Shown here piece by piece: positions 42,944-51,778 of a DNA stretch of 64,000 nt; position 1 is the stretch's first letter, and every line of letters starts with the position of its first letter. Position numbers and translations under genes: made by a program. The notes below the pieces were generated by a model. That model did no database searches and had not been told where the DNA came from. It saw only the letters and a program-made list of their open reading frames with translations. Where the stretch lies: assembly GCA_019358915.1 (NCBI GenBank), contig JAHHIM010000055.1, positions 1-64,000 on the forward strand, in the 5' to 3' direction. Source of the stretch: Trichormus sp. ATA11-4-KO1 (GTDB taxonomy: Bacteria; Cyanobacteriota; Cyanobacteriia; Cyanobacteriales; Nostocaceae).

Positions 42944-43489
42944 TTAACTTTTGTGAATCTTGGTTTGTTTGGGAGTAATGGAAGCTCCCAAGATTTCCGA
43001 GAACCAAACTTCAAAATTGCGGATCGGATGAGAGCGGAGGACAGCATCGGGATGGACAATAGGTTCTACTAAAATAGTGAACATTCCCAGGCGATTACCC
43101 GCGATGACATCCGTAAACAAGCGATCGCCTACCATCCCCACGCGCTGAACGGGTAGATTCATCGCTGTGAGTGCGGCTCTGATTTTGCGTCGTGAGGGTT
43201 TGGCTGCACCCAGGTAGTAGGGCAAATTAAGAGAGCGGGCGATACCACCAATCCTAGCTTCACTGAGGTTATTACTTACCAAACACAACTCTGCATAGGT
43301 ACGGATTTGCTCTACCCACTGTTGTAGTTCCGGTGAAGCTACCCCCACTGTAATCGGAACTAAGGTTTCATCTACATCTAGCACCAGCCCCTTTAGCTCA
43401 TATTGTTGGATAATTTCGGGTGTCAGATTTAACACTGAACCTGCTAAAATTAGGTCTGGCTGTAAGAGCTTGTTCCAAGTCATAGTCAC
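42944..43489 (-). CDS. YqeG family HAD IIIA phosphatase
   Basis: LDVDETL, VSNN, AKP, VGDRLFTDV.AGNR. Confidence 0.9.
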   Translation of the reverse strand: MTMTWNKLLQPDLILAGSVLNLTPEIIQQYELKGLVLDVDETLVPITVGVASPELQQWVEQIRTYAELCLVSNNLSEARIGGIARSLNLPYYLGAAKPSRRKIRAALTAMNLPVQRVGMVGDRLFTDVIAGNRLGMFTILVEPIVHPDAVLRSHPIRNFEVWFSEILGASITPKQTKIHKS

Positions 43490-43629
43490 AATATCAAAAG
43501 TGAAAAATCAAAATATATAGATGCTTTCAATCAACCATCTTCCTCCAATAGTCACTAGTCAAAGAGTGAATAGTCAAGAGTCAGTTGAGCGTTTCCCTGA
43601 AGAAACCTTGCTAAACTTTTTTCTCACCT

Positions 43630-44133
43630 CTATTTCCGCATCTGACTAACCAAGTGCGCGATTTCTGGCAAAATCAGCTTTTCCATCCCCAAGCGCACAG
43701 CATTACTAGAACCAGGAAGCGAGAAGATTAGCTTATTTTGATAAACACCAGCCACAGCGCGAGAGGCGATCGCTCGTGAACCAATTTCTGCATAACTTAA
43801 AAATCGAAACAACTCCCCAAATCCGGGTAAGGTTTTCTCTAATAATTTCTCAATGGCATCATAGGTAGTATCTCTTGGTGCAATACCCGTGCCACCATTA
43901 AATATGACAACATCTAAATTTGCAGTTTCACCTAGCAGTTCTATCTGTGCTTGAATCTGCATTGGCTCGTCTTTGATAATTACATAAGCTCCTACAACAT
44001 GGTTAGTGCTAACGAGCAATTGCTGAATTAGCTGACCACTTTTATCTGTTTCTGGGGAGCGAGTATCACTAACCGTAACCACAGCACAAGTTACGGTGAT
44101 TCCTGGTGAGTCTGGGTGAGGTTGTAGTGACAT
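43630..44133 (-). CDS. moaB: MogA/MoaB family molybdopterin adenylyltransferase
   Basis: [37 protein letters not shown]. Confidence 0.88.
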   Translation of the reverse strand: MSLQPHPDSPGITVTCAVVTVSDTRSPETDKSGQLIQQLLVSTNHVVGAYVIIKDEPMQIQAQIELLGETANLDVVIFNGGTGIAPRDTTYDAIEKLLEKTLPGFGELFRFLSYAEIGSRAIASRAVAGVYQNKLIFSLPGSSNAVRLGMEKLILPEIAHLVSQMRK

Positions 44134-44226
44134 AGAGGTATGAGGGGGATGACAGAGATGATGGGGATCAGGGGGGATGGAAAAAACCAAATTTTCATTC
44201 CCCATTCCCTACTCCCCTCTCCATAG

Positions 44227-44565
44227 TTATTCAGCTTTGTTAAATCCCAAACCATTTTGTTCGGCGTACCGCTCCATGAAGCGCATAAAGCGATCCCATT
44301 CTTCGGCGGATTTCATTAAATAAACTGCTTCTAAGGCTTCCGGTTTACCGTTGACGAATTTACCCTTGACTTCGCGGGTAACTATTTCTCCTTCTTCATC
44401 AATCAGGTACATCCCGGTGACTTCTTCAGTACTGCCTTGATCTAAAATTTGCGGATTGGTAAAAATAAACGTTGCTGTACCACTGTCACCACTGCGCGAT
44501 CGCGTCAACCGCACCTCTGGAATTACTTCTTCGTCAATACCTCTAGAAAACTGGATTTTTGCCAT
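44227..44565 (-). CDS. psb28: Photosystem II assembly factor Psb28
   Basis: [38 protein letters not shown]. Confidence 0.96.
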   Translation of the reverse strand: MAKIQFSRGIDEEVIPEVRLTRSRSGDSGTATFIFTNPQILDQGSTEEVTGMYLIDEEGEIVTREVKGKFVNGKPEALEAVYLMKSAEEWDRFMRFMERYAEQNGLGFNKAE

Positions 44566-44699
44566 GATGGGTGTATTTAAAGTTTTGTAATGGTTAATTT
44601 TTTATTCTCTCATTATTTGGGAAATGCTGAAAACCCGAATATTTTTAGCTGAGATTGGTAGACAGCCTGCTTTAGTAGCATAAGTGAGTCAATAATGCA

Positions 44700-44946
44700 A
44701 TGGATAAACTAGAAAAATACCGCAATTCTATCAAGAATATATTGACTGAATATTCAAGGATTTGCAGCAAGCGATACCTACGATCAGCTACGCTAACACT
44801 TGGCTTTTGATGAACAAAGAGATCAGTATCTTTGGTTTAGGTTTGGCTGGGAAGAAAAAAGGCAAATGCAGCATATTATTATGTATCTCTGCATTAAAAA
44901 CGGTAAAATTTGGGTTGAGGCAGATGCTACTGATTTATGCATTTAA
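44700..44946 (+). pseudogene. xisI: Frameshifted, truncated XisI-family pseudogene
   Basis: MDKLEKYRNSIKNILTEY start, then in another frame LAFDEQRDQYLWFRFGW...IKNGKIWVEADATD, which aligns with the intact XisI at 56555-56890; C-terminus missing. Confidence 0.8.
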
Positions 44947-45056
44947 AGTTTGTGTGAAAAATTTCTAGCCTAGATGTTAGTTCCTGTGATGTTGTGGGTA
45001 ACCTTTTTACTAGAGGTTTACATTAGCTAAGTATTTTCCACAGGAAGCAATAAAAC

Positions 45057-45452
45057 ATGACTGGTTCAGGGGAAGATTATTTCATTGCCCGTCAGAAGAA
45101 AAACGAGCGGCGAAAGAAGCGATTAGCAATAGTATCGATTATTTCATTTGCAGGTTCTACTGTGTTTGCAGCAGTGCCGATGATACAACGAGCTATGCAA
45201 AGTCCCCCACCAGAACCAGTATCTGTTGAGTCTTCATTACAACAACAAGTCCAGGGTTATGAGTTGGTTTTACAAAAAGAACCCGAAAATCAAGTTGCAC
45301 TGGAAAAACTATCTTTGTTGCGAGTGCAATTGAAAGACTTTAAGGGTGCGATCTCTCCTTTGGAAAAGTTGACCAGCTTACATCCTGATCGGCAAGATTA
45401 TAAGGTAATTTTGGACAGTATTAAAAAACGGCAGATAGAGAGTGATCGCTAG
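45057..45452 (+). CDS. Small membrane-anchored TPR protein
   Basis: Basic N-terminus, TM segment, VLQKEPEN..AL...AISPLEKL..LHPD TPR. Confidence 0.75.
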   Translation: MTGSGEDYFIARQKKNERRKKRLAIVSIISFAGSTVFAAVPMIQRAMQSPPPEPVSVESSLQQQVQGYELVLQKEPENQVALEKLSLLRVQLKDFKGAISPLEKLTSLHPDRQDYKVILDSIKKRQIESDR

Positions 45453-45481
45453 ATTCATCGAACAAATAGAATAATGTAATT

Positions 45482-48400
45482 ATGAATAATAAAAATACTA
45501 ACTTTGAACTTAACTGCTTAATTCCTCCTGAAATTAAAAATGATGAATTTTATGTAGCAATACAAAAAATTGCGAGAGAAGAAAATATAAGAACGGTTTT
45601 AGAAATTGGATCATCATCAGGGGAAGGAAGTACAGAAGCTTTTGTTACTGGATTAAGGGAGAATCCTAATAATCCGCAATTATTTTGTATAGAAGTTTCA
45701 AAAAGTAGGTTTAATGAATTAAAAAAAAGATATGAAAATTATAATTTTGTCAATTGCTACAACGTTTCTTCTGTAAAAATAGAAAATTTCCCTGAAGAAC
45801 AAGAAGTTATTGATTTCTATAACAATATTCAAAATAATCTCAAGTTATATCCACTTGATATAGTTCTTAACTGGCTAAAGCAGGATATTGAATATGTAAG
45901 TCAATCTGGAGTATCTGAAAGTGGCATTGAAAAAATTAAGCTAGAGCATAATATCAATTATTTTGACTTGGTTTTAATAGATGGTTCTGAATTTACTGGA
46001 TATGCTGAACTAAATGAAGTATATGGAGCTAATTTTATTTGCTTAGATGATATTACAACATTCAAAAACTATCAAAATCATCAGAGACTTCTTGCAGATA
46101 AAAACTATATATTAATTTATCAAAATACTAATGTTCGTAACGGTTATTCTATTTTTAAGAAAATTGATCCTATAGAAAACCATATATCTAAATATGAAAC
46201 CTCTGAGCAACTACTTGTTAAAAAAATTGTTAAACAAGGAATGGTTGTTTTTGATGTTGGAGCCAATGTTGGTGATTATTCTATTTTGCTAAGTAAACTT
46301 GTAGGTGAACCTGGAACTGTTTACTCTTTTGAACCAGCATCAGATACTTTCAACAAACTACAAGAACGAATTTGTCAATTTAATTGCAGTAACATTTATT
46401 CAATACAAAAAGCAGTTTATTCAAAAAATAATCAAATCGAATTTAATGAATTTCCAGAAGATTTTTCCGTCTGGAATAGTATTGGTAAGCCAAAAATGCT
46501 AGATCCAAATGGAACAGGAGAATATGTACCTATTATAAAAACTGAAATTGTAGAAACAATTACCCTTGATTGTTTCTGTAAACAGCATAATATTCAAAAA
46601 ATTGATTATTTAAAAATTGATGTTGAAGGAGCAGAAAGCGATGTATTGCAAGGAGCTATAGAATCACTACAAAAAAAAGCTATTCGCTTTATCCAGTTTG
46701 AAATATCACAAAAAATGCTCGAAGGATTAAATCGTGAGGCTAAATCTACTTTCGAGATTCTAATTAAAAATGGTTATGAATGCCATCGCATTACTCACAG
46801 TGGGGATATTGGAGAAGAAGTAAAAAACTCTAATTCTTTTTATGAAAATTATATAGCTTTTCCTTTATTACCCATTCATTTTTTTACCATTGTTCTCAAT
46901 GGAGAACCATTTATAAAATACCATATTGAAGTATTTAAACAACTACCATTCAAATGGCATTGGCATATTGTTGAAGGTGTAGCAGATTTAAAACATGATA
47001 CTGGGTGGAGTGTTGGTTTAGGTGGACATATTAGTGATGAACTCCATAAAAATGGTCGTAGTCATGATGGTACTACAGAATATCTAGACGAAATAGCACA
47101 ACTCTATCCTGATAATGTCACAATTTACCGGAAACCGGAAGGTATTTTCTGGGACGGTAAGTGCGAAATGGTTAATGCACCATTAGCCAATATCAAAGAA
47201 GAATGTTTACTTTGGCAGGTAGATGTAGATGAATTATGGACATTAGAACAAGTTTGTACTGCTAGAGAAATCTTTATTAGTAATCCTCATAAAACTGCTG
47301 CCTTTTATTGGTGTTGGTATTTTGTTGGCGAAAAACTAATTATTAGTACTCGTAACTGTTATGCTCAAAATCCTAACCAAGAGTGGCTAAGAACTTGGAG
47401 ATTTAGACCAGGGGCATTTTGGGTAGCACATGAGCCTCCAGTATTAGTAGAAACTTTGCCAAATGGACAATATAAAAATGTTGCTACTGAAAATCCTTTT
47501 TTACATCAAGAAACTGAAAATTTTGGTTTAGTTTTTCAACATTTTGCTTATGCTACAAAAGAACAATTACAATTTAAAGAAAAATACTATGGTTATAGTA
47601 ATGCTGTAGCTCAGTGGGAAGTTTTACAAAAAATACATAGATTACCAGTTTTATTAGGAGAATATTTTTCATGGGTCAGAGATGAAACTCAGGTAGACAA
47701 TGCAAAGTCACGCGGAATAGTCCCAATTGCACAAAGAAAAATTCACAGCAATGATTGGCAATTTTTACAACCAGATGAAGTACAGCAACAAATTGCACAA
47801 ATTAGAAAAACAACACCAATAATTTTGGTTGATGGTGTATTTTTTCAACTCTACCAAACTGGTATTGCCCGTGTATGGAAATCTTTATTAGAAGAATGGG
47901 CAGATAACGGGTTTGCAAAACACCTTATAGTCCTTGATCGTGCTGGAACCGCTCCTAAAATTTCTGGTGTTAGATACCGTAACATAGCACCTTACGACTA
48001 TAAAAACACTACTGCTGATAGAGAAATGCTACAGCAAGTGTGTGATGAAGAAGGCGCAGATTTATTTATCTCTTCTTACTACACTACCCCTATGACAACT
48101 CCTTCTGTATTCATGGCGTATGACATGATACCAGAAGTTATGGGATGGGATATGAATAATCCCATGTGGAGAGAAAAGCATCAAGCTATCCAAGCAGCAT
48201 CTAGTTACATAGCAATATCAGAAAATACGGCGCATGACCTTACTAGATGTTTCCCAGATATACCAAGAGATGCTATTACCGTAGCTCATTGTGGTGTTAG
48301 TGCTACTTTTTCACCAGTCAATCCTGAAGATATTAATGATTTCAAAACTAGGTATGGTATTACCAAACCTTATTTCTTATTAGTTGGTGCTGGTGGTGGT

Positions 48401-49303
48401 TATAAAAATAGTATGTTATTCTTCCAGGCTTTTGCTCAACTTGCCAGCAGTTCTGGATTTGACATTATCTTGACCGGAATTGGTGGTGTATTATCACCTG
48501 AATTTAGAGCTTATACATCAGGTAGTATAGTTCATACACTGCAACTTAGCGATGAAGAGTTAGCAATAGCATATTCTGGTGCTGTAGCGTTGGTTTATCC
48601 TTCTAAATACGAAGGATTTGGGATGCCGATAATTGAAGCAATGGCTTGTGGTTGTCCTGTGATTACTTGTCCTAATGCCTCAATTCCCGAAGTTGCAGGA
48701 GAAGCAGCACTATATGTGAATGATGACGATGTAGATGAACTAGCAAATGCACTCTGTGAAGTGCAAAAACCTAGCATTCGTCAAGCATTGATTATTGCTG
48801 GTTTAGTGCAAGTACAAAATTTTTCCTGGTCAAAAATGGCGAAAACTGTCAGTTATGTCTTAGTGGAAGCTACACTTCTGACTTTAAATCTTAAGGAAAT
48901 TAATTTTATTATTTTCCCTGATTGGTCACAACCAGAAGAAACAATTGGTTTAGCATTAGAGCGAGTTTTTAAGGTAGTAGCAACTCATCCTGATAGTGAA
49001 AACATTACTTTACTGGTCAATACTAATAACATTGCTGTAGAAGATGCCGAACTATTTCTATCTAGTGTGGCAATGAGTATTATGATGCAAGAAGATTTAG
49101 ATATTACCGCAGGATTAACAATCTCTCTTGTGGCAGATTTAGCAGATATTCAATGGAAAGCTTTACGGACTCGCATCAACGGCAGAATTATCATAGAACA
49201 TGAAGACAAAGACGCAATAATTCAGGCGAAATCCGAGAATATAACAACTTATGAATTAGAAAGTTTAATTCCAGTTAGAGACAAACAGTTTTTTTTTACT
49301 TAA
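45482..49303 (+). CDS. Multidomain methyltransferase/FkbM methyltransferase/glycosyltransferase (GT4) fusion; probably the 5' part of a larger gene
   Basis: VLEIGSSSGEG, FDVGANVG...SFEP, KIDVEGAE, LLWQVDVDELW, YPSKYEGFGMP.IEAMACG.PV. Confidence 0.85.
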   Translation: MNNKNTNFELNCLIPPEIKNDEFYVAIQKIAREENIRTVLEIGSSSGEGSTEAFVTGLRENPNNPQLFCIEVSKSRFNELKKRYENYNFVNCYNVSSVKIENFPEEQEVIDFYNNIQNNLKLYPLDIVLNWLKQDIEYVSQSGVSESGIEKIKLEHNINYFDLVLIDGSEFTGYAELNEVYGANFICLDDITTFKNYQNHQRLLADKNYILIYQNTNVRNGYSIFKKIDPIENHISKYETSEQLLVKKIVKQGMVVFDVGANVGDYSILLSKLVGEPGTVYSFEPASDTFNKLQERICQFNCSNIYSIQKAVYSKNNQIEFNEFPEDFSVWNSIGKPKMLDPNGTGEYVPIIKTEIVETITLDCFCKQHNIQKIDYLKIDVEGAESDVLQGAIESLQKKAIRFIQFEISQKMLEGLNREAKSTFEILIKNGYECHRITHSGDIGEEVKNSNSFYENYIAFPLLPIHFFTIVLNGEPFIKYHIEVFKQLPFKWHWHIVEGVADLKHDTGWSVGLGGHISDELHKNGRSHDGTTEYLDEIAQLYPDNVTIYRKPEGIFWDGKCEMVNAPLANIKEECLLWQVDVDELWTLEQVCTAREIFISNPHKTAAFYWCWYFVGEKLIISTRNCYAQNPNQEWLRTWRFRPGAFWVAHEPPVLVETLPNGQYKNVATENPFLHQETENFGLVFQHFAYATKEQLQFKEKYYGYSNAVAQWEVLQKIHRLPVLLGEYFSWVRDETQVDNAKSRGIVPIAQRKIHSNDWQFLQPDEVQQQIAQIRKTTPIILVDGVFFQLYQTGIARVWKSLLEEWADNGFAKHLIVLDRAGTAPKISGVRYRNIAPYDYKNTTADREMLQQVCDEEGADLFISSYYTTPMTTPSVFMAYDMIPEVMGWDMNNPMWREKHQAIQAASSYIAISENTAHDLTRCFPDIPRDAITVAHCGVSATFSPVNPEDINDFKTRYGITKPYFLLVGAGGGYKNSMLFFQAFAQLASSSGFDIILTGIGGVLSPEFRAYTSGSIVHTLQLSDEELAIAYSGAVALVYPSKYEGFGMPIIEAMACGCPVITCPNASIPEVAGEAALYVNDDDVDELANALCEVQKPSIRQALIIAGLVQVQNFSWSKMAKTVSYVLVEATLLTLNLKEINFIIFPDWSQPEETIGLALERVFKVVATHPDSENITLLVNTNNIAVEDAELFLSSVAMSIMMQEDLDITAGLTISLVADLADIQWKALRTRINGRIIIEHEDKDAIIQAKSENITTYELESLIPVRDKQFFFT

Positions 49304-50967
49304 GCAATAAACTTTACTCTCAGGGCAAATGGCAAGAAGTGATCGCTCAATTTCAAGAACTACTAAAAATCCAATCATGTGATGCAGAAATTTATGGGCG
49401 ACTAAGTGAATGCTATAAACATTTAAACTTACTGGATGAATATTTTCAAACTCTCCAGCAAGGGATTCAAGTTCACCCTACAGATGGTAGTTTGCATTTC
49501 TCGTTAATTATTGACTTGCGGCGTAGTGGGCGTATTCAAGAAGCAATTACTTATGCTAAAAATGCCTGTCAATGCCTACCTGATGATTACACTTTCCAAA
49601 TTCTTAAGTATTTAACAGTTCCATCAATATACGACAATCCAGAAGAAATTAACTTCTATCGCCAACGCTATACTCAGGGACTGCGAGAATTAATTCAACA
49701 GACATCTCTAAAAACGCCTGAAGAGAAAACGAATGCTTTAGCCGGTATAGGTCGGCTAACTAACTTTTATTTATCATATCAGGCACAAAATGATATTGAA
49801 TTACAGCGTCAGTATGGCAATTTAGTCCATGAAATAATGGCAGCTAACTTTCCTCAATGGGTAGTTCCTTTATCTATGCCTCAGCTTCAGCCGAATCAAA
49901 AAATTCGGATTGGCTACACTTCACATTACCTACATTCCTATAGTGGAACATTGTGGCTGACTGGCTGGCTACGTTACTGTAATCATGAAAACTTTGAAAT
50001 CTATTGTTACTACACAGGAAATAATCCAGATTTGGTAACTCAACAATTTCAAGAATATAGTGATGTATTTCACCATATTCCGCATAATTTATCAGCAGTT
50101 TGTGAACAAATAATTTCAGATAAGCTACACATTTTGGTTTTCCCGGAAATTGGCATGAACCCGCAAACTATGCAAATGGCAGGTTTGCGACTTGCACCTG
50201 TGCAATGTACAGCTTGGGGACATCCGGTAACAACAGGCTTACCGACAATTGATTATTTTTTATCTAGTGAGTTAATGGAACCAGAAAATGCTCAATCACA
50301 TTACTCCGAGAAATTAATTCTTTTACCAAATATTGGTGTTTCCTACCCTAAACCTTATATTCCGCCAATAGTTAAAAGCCGTGCAGATTTCCAATTATCA
50401 GATGATGCAGTAATTTATTTATGTTGCCAAGCACCTTTTAAATATTTACCACAATACGATTTTGTTTTTGCAGAAATTGCTTGCCGTGTTTCACAAGCGA
50501 AATTTGTCTTTTTGCGTGGTAAGTTACTTCAGCAACGTCTGAAACGCGAGTTTGCTGCTGTTGATTTAAATAGTGAAGATTACTGCGTATTACTCACCGT
50601 ACCAGAACGCCTAGATTATTTAATGATTAACTTACTTGCAGATGTTTATCTAGATACATTCACTTGGTCTGGTGGTAATACTACCTTAGAAGCGATCGCC
50701 TGTCATCTTCCTGTTGTTACCTGTCCTGGAGAATTTATGCGGGGTCGTCACTCTGACAGCTTTCTGAAAATGCTAGGAGTGACAGATACCATTGCTGAAA
50801 ATACAGCAGAATACGTTGATATTGCTGTCAAATTAGGACTAGACCCCGTTTGGCGACGTAGCGTATCAGAAAGAATGAGTCAGCGTCAAGATTATTTATT
50901 TGATGATCAGGTTTGTGTCGCAGGTTTAGAAACCTTTTATCAAGATGTTTTAGAAAAAAGTTCGTAG
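49279..50967 (+). CDS. TPR plus GT41 (SPINDLY/OGT-like) glycosyltransferase; probably the 3' part of the upstream gene
   Basis: KIRIGY, LVFPEIGM, RLAPVQ..WGHPVTTG.PTIDYF, DVYLDT..SGGNTTLEA; frame open from 49279. Confidence 0.85.
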   Translation, partial: RQTVFFYLSNKLYSQGKWQEVIAQFQELLKIQSCDAEIYGRLSECYKHLNLLDEYFQTLQQGIQVHPTDGSLHFSLIIDLRRSGRIQEAITYAKNACQCLPDDYTFQILKYLTVPSIYDNPEEINFYRQRYTQGLRELIQQTSLKTPEEKTNALAGIGRLTNFYLSYQAQNDIELQRQYGNLVHEIMAANFPQWVVPLSMPQLQPNQKIRIGYTSHYLHSYSGTLWLTGWLRYCNHENFEIYCYYTGNNPDLVTQQFQEYSDVFHHIPHNLSAVCEQIISDKLHILVFPEIGMNPQTMQMAGLRLAPVQCTAWGHPVTTGLPTIDYFLSSELMEPENAQSHYSEKLILLPNIGVSYPKPYIPPIVKSRADFQLSDDAVIYLCCQAPFKYLPQYDFVFAEIACRVSQAKFVFLRGKLLQQRLKREFAAVDLNSEDYCVLLTVPERLDYLMINLLADVYLDTFTWSGGNTTLEAIACHLPVVTCPGEFMRGRHSDSFLKMLGVTDTIAENTAEYVDIAVKLGLDPVWRRSVSERMSQRQDYLFDDQVCVAGLETFYQDVLEKSS

Positions 50968-51018
50968 TAAGCACTTCAGTGCTTTCAAAAACCAGAGGAC
51001 TAAAGTCCTCACTACAAG
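50961..51018. repeat. REP doublet (GTAGTAAGCACTTCAGTGCTT...GAGGACTAAAGTCCTCACTAC) left of RAYT
   Basis: GTAG/CTAC ends, two short palindromes; near-identical copy at 51721-51777. Confidence 0.9.
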
Positions 51019-51021
51019 CTT

Positions 51022-51666
51022 ATGTATAAATATCGGCAACTTACACCAAAACAAAAAGCTGAATTAGTTGAATATCGCTTGAGTCGTGGCTATCCACCCC
51101 ACTCGCCACCACATCTGATACGTGATCAACAGTTTTATTTGTTAACAGTAGCTTGCTATGAACATAAGCATCATATACAGTCTGAATCTCGTCGTCAGCA
51201 GCTATTAAATATGATATTTGATAAGTTTGGCACCATTGAAAATAATGATGGAAGCGCTGAAGCGCTTACTACGGCGCTTACTACGAACTTAACAATCTGT
51301 GCTTGGGTTATTTTACCCAATCATTATCATTTATTAGTCCAAGTTGCCAATTTTGATATCTTAGGTGGCTTGTTTCGTAGAATACATGGTGTGCTTTCTC
51401 GACAATGGAATCTTGAAGACAATATTACTGGGCGCAAAATCTGGTATTCTTGGAGCGATCGCGCTATTCGCTCTCAAAGACATTACTATACGACTCTTAA
51501 CTATATTCATTACAATCCAGTCAAACATGGTTTTGTGAAATCACCTTATGACTGGGTAGAAAGTAGCGTTCACTGGTATTTACAAGCTCAAGGTAGGCAA
51601 TGGCTACGTGATTGTTGGGTTCAATATCCAGTACAAACTTATGGCAGCGATTGGGATAACTTTTAA
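51022..51666 (+). mobile_element. REP-associated tyrosine transposase (RAYT/TnpA-REP, Y1 HUH family)
   Basis: YLLT, WVILPNHYHLL (HUH), DRAIRS, YIHYNPVKHG (catalytic Tyr); flanked by GTAG REPs. Confidence 0.92.
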
Positions 51667-51672
51667 CTTTTT

Positions 51673-51777
51673 CTTCAGTGCTTTCTAAAAGATGAGGACT
51701 AAAGTCCTCACTACGAGCAGTTCGTAGTAAGCACTTCAGTGCTTTCAAAACCAGAGGACTAAAGTCCTCACTACGAG
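51673..51777. repeat. Two tandem REP doublets right of RAYT (first one truncated)
   Basis: Direct reading. Confidence 0.9.
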
Positions 51778-51778
51778 C

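Noticed and set aside
44762..44968. 68-aa ORF
   Set aside because: Off-frame shadow of the xisI pseudogene
50961..51777. Repeats around the RAYT as a CRISPR array
   Set aside because: They are palindromic REP doublets without unique, regularly sized spacers, and no cas genes are present
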